This document shows positions 55,504 to 64,000 of a stretch of DNA of 64,000 nucleotides, piece by piece. A program made the position numbers and the translations under genes. Origin of the DNA: Podarcis melisellensis (Eukaryota); assembly GCA_964234715.1 (NCBI GenBank), contig OZ174277.1; one strand, 5' to 3'. Within the stretch, counting starts at the first letter, position 1, and each line of letters starts with the position of its first letter. The notes beneath the pieces were generated by a model. The model was not told the origin of the DNA. It was given only the letters and a program-made list of their open reading frames with translations, and made no database searches.

Positions 55504-56150
55504 CTGTACGGGGCAAAATTAAATAATGAAGCTATTGTGAATAAAATTTATCCAATTTTTGCGAATCATTTCTATTTTTTATACAGTTGGTAAACCATTA
55601 AACTAGAAGGTGAAGGAAACTTAGGAAGAGGACAAGAGCATTATAACTCAGAGCTATGTTAGCAGAGAAGCAAGAGCTGACATATTAAATCAGGATTAAA
55701 GGAAATAGAGTCCAATCTTGCATGTATATGAACAGAAAATTAAAGGGAGTGTTGAATGCCCAAAATATGAGGACATCTGTACAGTCTTTTCTTTTATCCC
55801 TTGTTTCATCTATATCTAGCTGTTATTTTCCGATAGTAAAGGGCAATGGCAGAGAAATCAATGATGATAGGGATACCAATGGACAGAATGTAAAACTCTA
55901 TTAATGATTCCTTAAACTGAAAGTTTCTGAACTATGTCTGCTTCAACTTAAACCACTGGATACTGTTTATAACTGAACAGTAATGCAATTAATAGGAAAC
56001 AAATGCTGGAGCTTGAGGGCAGGTTATCCAAAGAACTGTTGGCAATATGTTTAAAGAGGACAAAACAAAGTACTTCTTCATGCAAATCACACACATAGTT
56101 TATGAAACTCATTGCCACAGGATGTTATGGTGGTCACGATGCATAGATAA

Positions 56151-56354
56151 GGGACGCGGGTTGTGCTGTGGTCTTAACCACTAAGCCTACAGCATTTCTG
56201 TGCGCTGCTCTGGTTCGCCAGAAGCGGCTTAGTCATGCTGGCCACATGACTCAGAAGCTGCATGCCGGCTCCCTCGGCCAATAAAGCGAGTTGAGCGCCG
56301 CAACCCCAGAGTCAGTCACGACTGGACCTAATGGTGAGGGATCCCTTTACCTTT
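56151..56354 (+). mobile_element. Sauria SINE with internal deletion, inserted into a CR1-like fragment
   Basis: Starts gggacgcggg and ends ccctttaccttt. 11-bp TSD atgcatagata at 56139-56149 and 56355-56365. Confidence 0.9.
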
Positions 56355-56760
56355 ATGCATAGATACAGCATTAGACAACTACATTAAGGAAAACTCAGTC
56401 AAAGCCTATTAGCCAAGACAGTTAAAACATTGGCCAATTTAGAGGCACTATACCTCCTCTTACTAGTGACAAACATCGGATAACATTCTCCATTATGCCC
56501 TGCTTGTAAATTTCCCTGAGAATTTCTGGGCAAGATGGAACAATGGTCTAAGAATAACCTTTCTTATTTTCTTAAAAAGAAAAGAAAAAGCACAACAATT
56601 TAATTTAGGATCACTAATAAAGGAACCTGCATGAAATTCAAAGTTCAATACAGATTCATTTTGGAAAATATGCAGATGTAATGATAAAACACAACAATTT
56701 CAGTACAACTTTCACTATGTAGAAAAGGAGGGTTGTCATTTTCATAAGTTATCCCTAATG

Positions 56761-56896
56761 CAGTGTTTCCCAACCTTGTGCCTCCAGCTGTTTTTGGACT
56801 ACAATTCCCATCATCCCTTGCCACTGGTCTTGCTAGTCAGGGATGATGGGAGTTGTAGTTCAAAAACAGCTGGAGGCACAAGGTTGGGAAACACTG
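56761..56896. mobile_element. Palindromic hAT MITE (136 bp), young copy
   Basis: Almost wholly self-complementary (cagtgtttcccaaccttgtgcctccagctgtttt...aaaacagctggaggcacaaggttgggaaacactg). Perfect 8-bp TSD ccctaatg. Confidence 0.9.
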
Positions 56897-57952
56897 CCCT
56901 AATGCATGTTCTGAAATTTCAAGAAGTGTGCTGTGGACACAGCAAGTATAAATGAATCCAATTTATTTGGCATTTTTTGACATTGTATCACGGAGCTACT
57001 TAAGCCTTCACATCAAACAATGCCAACATCAGTGTGCTGGACTGCCAACATCAGTGTGCTGGAGTCTGAAGGCTACAGCATGGTATTGTCTGCCAGCCTC
57101 TGGTGTGCAGTGATGATGCGAGTTGCCACATTCCATGAATTGTAAGCCTCTCAGTAGCTTGATCCAGATCCACTTCAGAATGGATGGGACCTTAGTGTCT
57201 GTTGTCCAATGTGAAGCCCCACAGAGGATACATACTCACACCTGAACACCATTTCTTACGCTTTCAGCCATTCATAGTCATTCTGCTGCATGCAGAATTG
57301 TTCCCAACATCAAAAATCACAATTGGGGGGCCTTTTCACTCTTCTACTTTTATAGACTTATTTCTAGTATTAAGGGAAATTTGACACCTAGTTGACTATT
57401 GATAATTTTTGGCTAGTATTTGTTTCATTGTCTTTGGTCACTTCAGACATTACCAATTAGTGTTCAAAGTGGCCAAATAGAAAGAAATGCTTCATTCCAG
57501 TATGTATTCCTGGCCTTTCTCAACAGTCTTGAAGTGATGCAATGCTAAAAGACTGTATTTCAGTAACTGACATCAGCAATGGGATGGGACCAATCAATGA
57601 TCAAGATGGGAAGCTTCCTAGAAAAATGAATCCTGCAACAAAATTCATCAAGTTACTTTTTTTTGCAATTTGCAGTGTTACTTAGCATTCAAATCTCTTC
57701 TACTTGCTTCCAAGGGTACATGTGATATATAATTATATCCTTAAGACTTTTTCCTATTTGTAAATGCTTTCTATGCTTTGTAGACAATCTTATAAGCAAT
57801 TAAGAGCTTGTTCACATAAGGTTATCCTGAGAGAACAACTACTTAACGTCTTTCTACCTGTTTCTGATTTCTTGCTAATTAAAAAAAGAGAACCTGCTAG
57901 ATTAGCCAAACTTTTGATATAATTCTTGTTAATTAGATACATTCATGAGGGA

Positions 57953-58162
57953 CAGATAGGTAGCCGTGTTGGTCTGCCATAGTCAAAACAAAAAAAATTC
58001 CTTCCAGTAGCACCTTAAAGACCAACTAAGTCAGTTCTTGGTATGAGCTTTCGTGTGCATGCACACTTCTTCAGATACACAAGAAGTGTGCATGCACACG
58101 AAAGCTCATACCAAGAACTGACTTAGTTGGTCTTTAAGGTGCTACTGGAAGGAATTTTTTTT
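57953..58162. mobile_element. Non-autonomous Penelope-like element remnant with perfect 82-bp inverted repeat and 12-bp TSD
   Basis: TSD attcatgaggga at 57941-57952 and 58163-58174. Arms 57990-58071 and 58081-58162 are exact reverse complements around a 9-nt loop. The inverted partial pLTR layout and hammerhead motif are typical of Penelope-like elements. Confidence 0.85.
58041..58078 (-). ncRNA. Minimal type-I hammerhead ribozyme motif (Penelope type)
   Basis: Minus strand reads GUAU-CUGAAGA-A-GUGUG-CAUG-CACAC-GAAA-GC-UC-AUAC: stem I GUAU/AUAC, core CUGANGA and GAAA, stem II GUGUG/CACAC, palindromic AGCU in place of stem III, cleavage triplet CUC. Confidence 0.75.
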
Positions 58163-58289
58163 ATTCATGAGGGATACATGTATTAAGGTCTGACCATGTA
58201 TATGTGCACTATCACCATTATCTTATATATAAATGGTGGGAAGAAGAGTTTGAATGCAATAAAACATAGAAAGTGTACTGTTGACGGAA

Positions 58290-59195
58290 TCTCTGAAACA
58301 TTTGGTTATCTAAAAGTATGAAAACAATGCATTTTTGGACCAAAGCTCACAATCTGAAAGAGGAAAAATTATTGTCTAAAAAGCTACTATTGGAATGGGA
58401 AACAAAAGATGAGCTGGTTAAAGCCTCAATGACCCACTGGACAATTGATATAGGGTATACAATAGAATTAAACCTCTGGGAGAAAGTCTGGAAGAAAGAA
58501 ATTCACTGCATGTTACATGTTGAAAGAGAACTACATGAAAGTGATTCATAGATGGTATTTAGCCCCAAGTAGACTAGCTAAAACCTATAAAGTGGAATTG
58601 AATTTGTGTTGGAAATGTAAAGACATGGAAGGGGCTTTTTCATATGTAGTGGGCATGCAAAAAAAGTTAAAGAATATTGGGAGGTGATATATAATGAGAT
58701 GGAAAAAAATGTTTAAAACAAAATTCCCCCCAAAACCCCAGAGGCATTTCTGTTAGGAATGGTTCAGACATTTATGTATGCAACAACAGTGGCTCGGATC
58801 CTATTAGCCCAAAAATGGAAGGTGAGGGAGGTCCCTAGCAAGGAGGACTGGTAACCTATGATGATAGAATATGCAGAGTTAGCAGGTCTAGCAAGCAGAA
58901 TTAGAGAGCAAGAATCACAGTTATTTAGAGTGGAAAACTTTCACTGAGTGTGTAGTAAATATTTGTGTACAGATGAAAATGCTGGCAGTATTAAGGAAAA
59001 ATCAACAGTATAACATATTTAAAAGGGATGTACGATGGGAGAACTGAATTAGATATATAAAAATATGCAGGAATGGTGGGTAAATTAAAAGAACATTGGA
59101 AGGGAAGGGAGGGAAGAAGTTGAATGGATGGCTAAAATGGATGGCTATAATGAAATGTAAAAATTGAAAATGTGATAAAAATTATTATTTTTTAA
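58290..59195 (+). mobile_element. L1/Tx1-like LINE 3' fragment (degenerate ORF2 Cys-rich tail)
   Basis: A-rich sense strand. Remnants RWYLAPSRLAKTYK...CWKCKDMEG.F.H..W.C match the squamate L1 C-terminal zinc-binding region. Frameshifted. Confidence 0.75.
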
Positions 59196-59313
59196 AAAAA
59201 CAACAGTATGGTAACAAGATTTTAAGGACCATATACATAACAGATGTGATCAATCATTTATTTAATGACTGAGGTAACCACAGGGAATCTATGAGCTAAA
59301 GAATACAATATTA

Positions 59314-59541
<228 letters not shown>

Positions 59542-61435
59542 TCATTTAAGAAATAATAGACAATGGCAATGGAAAAAATTATTATTTTGTTATAAGAAAT
59601 ATATATGCTGTAACTTACTTTTGCATATCATATTCATGCTATGATTATCTCAATAAAACCTCAATGGTAACAATTTTGTAGGACTTAACTACAACCCGTG
59701 TTGCTCACGGGTTACAAATAAAATAACACCAAAATGTTGTTCAAATGCTGAAAATTTTACCACCACCCCTGCCCTTCCCTGGCACAGGAATATCAGTACT
59801 TATTAATCATTTGGTATCATTAAGGTCATGCCTCTTCAAGAGATACACATATATAATAGGGAAACCCAGCCAGCTGGGCAGGGTATAAATAAATTAATAT
59901 TACTATCATCATCATCATCATCATCACCATATTTTGTCAAGAGAAAGTGGTTGGAGGTGTCATATAACAGCTCAACCATAGAAAATGTTAGGTGGAGCTC
60001 TAAGTACATGCTCTATCTGGCATATAGCAGGTGTGTACCTGGGAAAGAAAACACAGATTTTGACAGCAGGGGAAAGTCACAATAATGTTTTATGTGATGG
60101 GGAAAATTCATAAACAGGGGATATTGGAGGCCCACAGGGGACGTGTGCAAAGGCTGCATGTGCATTAGAGTAACTGGGCAAATATCACCATAACATAACT
60201 TGCAGCAATCAACTCTGGATTTGGCACCAGAAAAAACAGAATGATTCCCATTCTTGACAAGAAACAACCACAGAATACATGTTGTGAAGAGTTTTCTCTT
60301 CACTAGCAAATTAGTCATCTTACACTTGCTAGCAGAGAGATAAATAAGCTTCACCAGCAGCAATGGTGTGAGCATGACTCAGCCAGCAAGAGAACCCCTG
60401 GCACACCAATGCTTGGCACAAAGGAAGACCACCACCACGTAGGCTTCCGCATAGTGGGTTAAGCCCCACAACCATCCTCTGTTGATGGAAGGAGGTATCT
60501 GGAACAATGGAGCCATTCTGTTATACTTTGAAAATTATACTTCTGTTTCTCATTAAGAACACACACAGAGACAATTCTTAATGAGGTGGGCCACCCTACT
60601 TTTAGCAACTGGATTTTTGATGGCTAAAAAAGGATGGCAAACAAAAGTCAACTCTTCTTAAAGGCCTAAAAAGCTTCATTAGTATTATGTTAGATGAAAT
60701 CTGTTTACTGATCTCTTGAGAATAGTAGGGGAGGGTGAAAGAGGACAAACTAAACCTCTTTTTTCTACTCAGACCCTGTACTGCAAGACTGAGGGGAAGT
60801 ATTCACTCAGTTGCCTCAGGCAATGCCCAATGAAAGACTCCTGAAAGAAGGTGGCCTTTTTGATTGATTGATTGGTTGGTTGGTTGGTTGGTTTGTAGCA
60901 CCCTCTTCCCCAACCAATCAGAATGAAGGCAAGGGAAAGGCTTTCCTCAGTGATATCGGCACATGGCCAAATCTAATTGATTACGTAGTACCATGACAGT
61001 ATAAAGTTCATTAGCCAGTACCAGACTGGTTGGGATAATGTAATGACTAACCAGGGGGGAATGGCATCAAAGCAGCAGCACTTCAGACTAAAAAGAGACA
61101 CAAAAATCACAGAAAGAGCTACAGCAATAGGGTGTGGAGTGGGGAGTGTTTCAATACCCTCAAAAGCATGCATTTCACTCTGAAAATGTTTTGGGGCAGT
61201 CAACGCAACCTAGATTTTTACCCCAGAGAAATATGATGGTGAAGCAGTGAGATGAGAGTTAAGGTGAGAGTTTTTACTGCAACAAAACATGTGACTTGTG
61301 TATCGGTTTCTACAGCCAGAACAGGCACTGTAACCTTCCAACAGCTTGACTTCAACCACAAAAGCGCACTACTACATTGTCTCCCAAGACAGACAGATGC
61401 CAACCAACCAACTTTTAATGCAAGCGACAAATAAT

Positions 61436-61556
61436 CAGGGTTTTTTCAGCTGGAACTCACTGGAAATGAGTTCTGGCATCTCTCAGGTGGGCCCCATTGC
61501 CATTATAAGAGAACGAGGGAGGTGTTCATATCTCTTTTTCTAGAAAAATGGCACTG
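61436..61556. mobile_element. Short hAT-like MITE
   Basis: Ends cagggttttttt / aaaaatggcactg are imperfect TIRs. Internal ggaactca / tgagttct inverted motif. Confidence 0.5.
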
Positions 61557-61669
61557 AAAATATCAGTTGTACATTGCTGCAAAGAGCTGTTTGACCATAC
61601 TTGCTACATTTGTAGAAGAATGTTTAGGAATGTTTAAGAATTTGTAGAAGAATGTTTAGGAAATGTAGC

Positions 61670-61757
61670 ACAATTTCATACGTGTCTACTTAACAGTAAC
61701 TCCCACTGAGTTCAATGGGGATTATTCCCGATTAAATGGATATAGGATAGCAGCCAT
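61670..61757. repeat. Small palindromic interspersed repeat (related copies near 11275-11352, 47455-47530, 53815-53890)
   Basis: Shared core agtaa.tcccactgagttcaatggg..tta.tcc...taggat.gcagcc. Confidence 0.5.
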
Positions 61758-62225
61758 AGATTCTTATTGTAGTTAAGTTTCAAGATGTTTAGCTAATGTC
61801 AATGTCACCAAATTACTCCAATCTGATTATTAGAAATTATAACAGAAAGGATGTTTACAAAAATTAACACACACATTAAGAGAAAAGGCCAAATAGTGTT
61901 TGTTTAGAAAATGCTAAAGGGAAGGCAGCATCAGTTACAGACAGAAGAGATTTTGCTTTGGCACAGGAAGAAGGTACATTATTCTCTAGAGGTTGGTGTG
62001 CATTGGCTACAGACTTGTGATGTTATATTTCAGGACTGAAAGCCAAATCTTAAGATTTGCTTTGATCTTGAAGCACAATCATAAAATGTTCCATTCAGCA
62101 GGACTGCTATCCTTCACATTTAATGAGCAGCTAAAGTAAATAAAACTTTTGAAATATGAGTATTGCTGAACAAGAAAGATTAAATATCAGCAAATCTAAC
62201 CCTCACATCACATGGTCCAAAGTTA

Positions 62226-62387
<162 letters not shown>

Positions 62388-64000
62388 TTAAATCTATTAT
62401 ATGAATTTCACGGGCAAATTGTTCTCCCACAAAGCAGAAGGTAGCATTGCAGCCCAATAGAATGCCCAACCATAGGGTCCTTACTGTTCAGGTTTGTCCA
62501 AAGACTTGGCATTCTCCTTTTCTTTACTTGACTTGCCATGTTTTTCTATCTTTTCAAGTTCATCTGATTGTGCTCTCTTTAAAAAAAGACAAACAAAGAG
62601 GGGGGTTGGAGGGAACATTATGGTTTAAAAGCAGAATACAAATACAAATAAAATAAATTATATAATGCTCATAACATGTTAATCAATTAAAATCAGTTAT
62701 GACTCCTCATATTAAGAAAGTCAGCTGTTTATATAGATGGTTTCAATGGTTTCAGTGACTTAGTTTACTGAAGAATGATACATGCAAGAATGTTTGATGC
62801 CGAACAAAACTTCTCTAAATGTAATGTTATGACTGTTAAAAGTTTGCAAGAGATCTATTCATTCAAGCATACATAAAGACAACTCATGGTCGTCTTCTTT
62901 CTCTCTCTCACACACACGCCACACCTTTTGAGTTTTTCATATATTTTCCTAGATCCAATGTCTAGGAAGCACTATTTCTTTTCACTAGTTAGTTGCTTGC
63001 ACCTGAGGGCAATCTGATCTCCAAAAACACATTTAAGAAAGTAAGGCACCTAAATCAAAGTTTTCAACACTATTGATATATGAGTCAATATTTGTTTTTG
63101 GAGGGTGGGGGGAAAGCAATTCTTTAAGTGAGTTATTTATCAATTGGTTCCGAAGCCATGGGAGATAAACCGTGAGTAAAATGCTAAACAATTCCTCTTT
63201 TACATAAAGATTTGCTCCACTTAAGATGAAACAAACACAGTCAAAAATCTCATTTCCCTCTAATATTGATGTGACTTTCTATTAGCAGGTCCCACTTTTC
63301 AACAGTATTCTGTTCAAAGGAAAGAGCAACAGTTATTTTAGAGGTCAAAGTGTTCTAACAGCAGTTGGGTTTTTCCTTAAGTAGCATTACGTTGGTAGTA
63401 TTTTAACATGAGTATGATACCTATCAAACACTGAAGCTGAAAAAAACCCATGTGCCTGCTGTAACACAAACACACACACTTTCTATAACAGTGAACATCT
63501 GAGTTTTGAGCACTGAGTGCTTGAATACATCCTGAATTGAAGAAGTATATGCAAAAGCAATGTTTGGTATAGACTTTGGGGTTGTGTTAATAATTAAATT
63601 ACATAGCCTACACGAGCTAACAATTGAACATACTACAGAGCTGGGAATAGGAAAGCACAACTGGAATGATGATATCTCACATTATAGTCTAAAAGCAGTA
63701 TCTGTTGTGTTAGTCCTGATGGCTCAATCTTTCAGAGAGCATGAGATCACAGAAATGTGACAGTAAAAAAACAAAAACAAAACAAAAAACCAATTACTGT
63801 ATAAATTTTCCACACAGGAACCACAACCCCTAAAGCTTCCACACTTCCTATGTCAGTGCCAGAGCTGGTGGCCATCAAAGAACAGGGCCCAACCACTGGC
63901 CAGGGAGGAGAGGGGGAGAGAATTAGACATCTTGCCCAGGTCCAGATGCCAGTCTGGCTTTAGGTCTGGTCATGGCATTAAAGCTGCCTTGGTTGCCTGA

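Overview
Vertebrate nuclear DNA, almost certainly a squamate and probably a lacertid lizard (Sauria-type SINEs, lizard-type L2/CR1/L1 fragments and MITEs). The window holds the tail-to-tail GREM2/FMN2 locus. On the + strand is the single coding exon of Gremlin-2 (6600-7112, 170 aa) with a ~2 kb 3'UTR. On the - strand are the last 8 coding exons of Formin-2 (59493 down to 16924; 732 nt, 243 aa, C-terminal FH2 domain plus the FSI tail), which I spliced by hand with consistent GT-AG boundaries and phases. The rest is intronic or intergenic: transposon fragments, microsatellites and one 136-N assembly gap. Most notable: (1) a young 210-bp Penelope-like insertion in an FMN2 intron with a 12-bp TSD, a perfect 82-bp inverted repeat and a minimal type-I hammerhead ribozyme motif in the FMN2 sense orientation, which its own antisense arm should sequester; (2) a second, older hammerhead-like Penelope remnant; (3) an unexplained perfect 30-bp-arm hairpin near an FMN2 acceptor; (4) GREM2 changes relative to the mammalian protein as I recall it (P77A, stop-loss RK tail); (5) a strong CTCF motif between the two genes. 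Apart from GREM2 and parts of two ORFs that contain FMN2 exons, the ORF track looks non-coding. I see no evidence of a wholly new protein-coding system.
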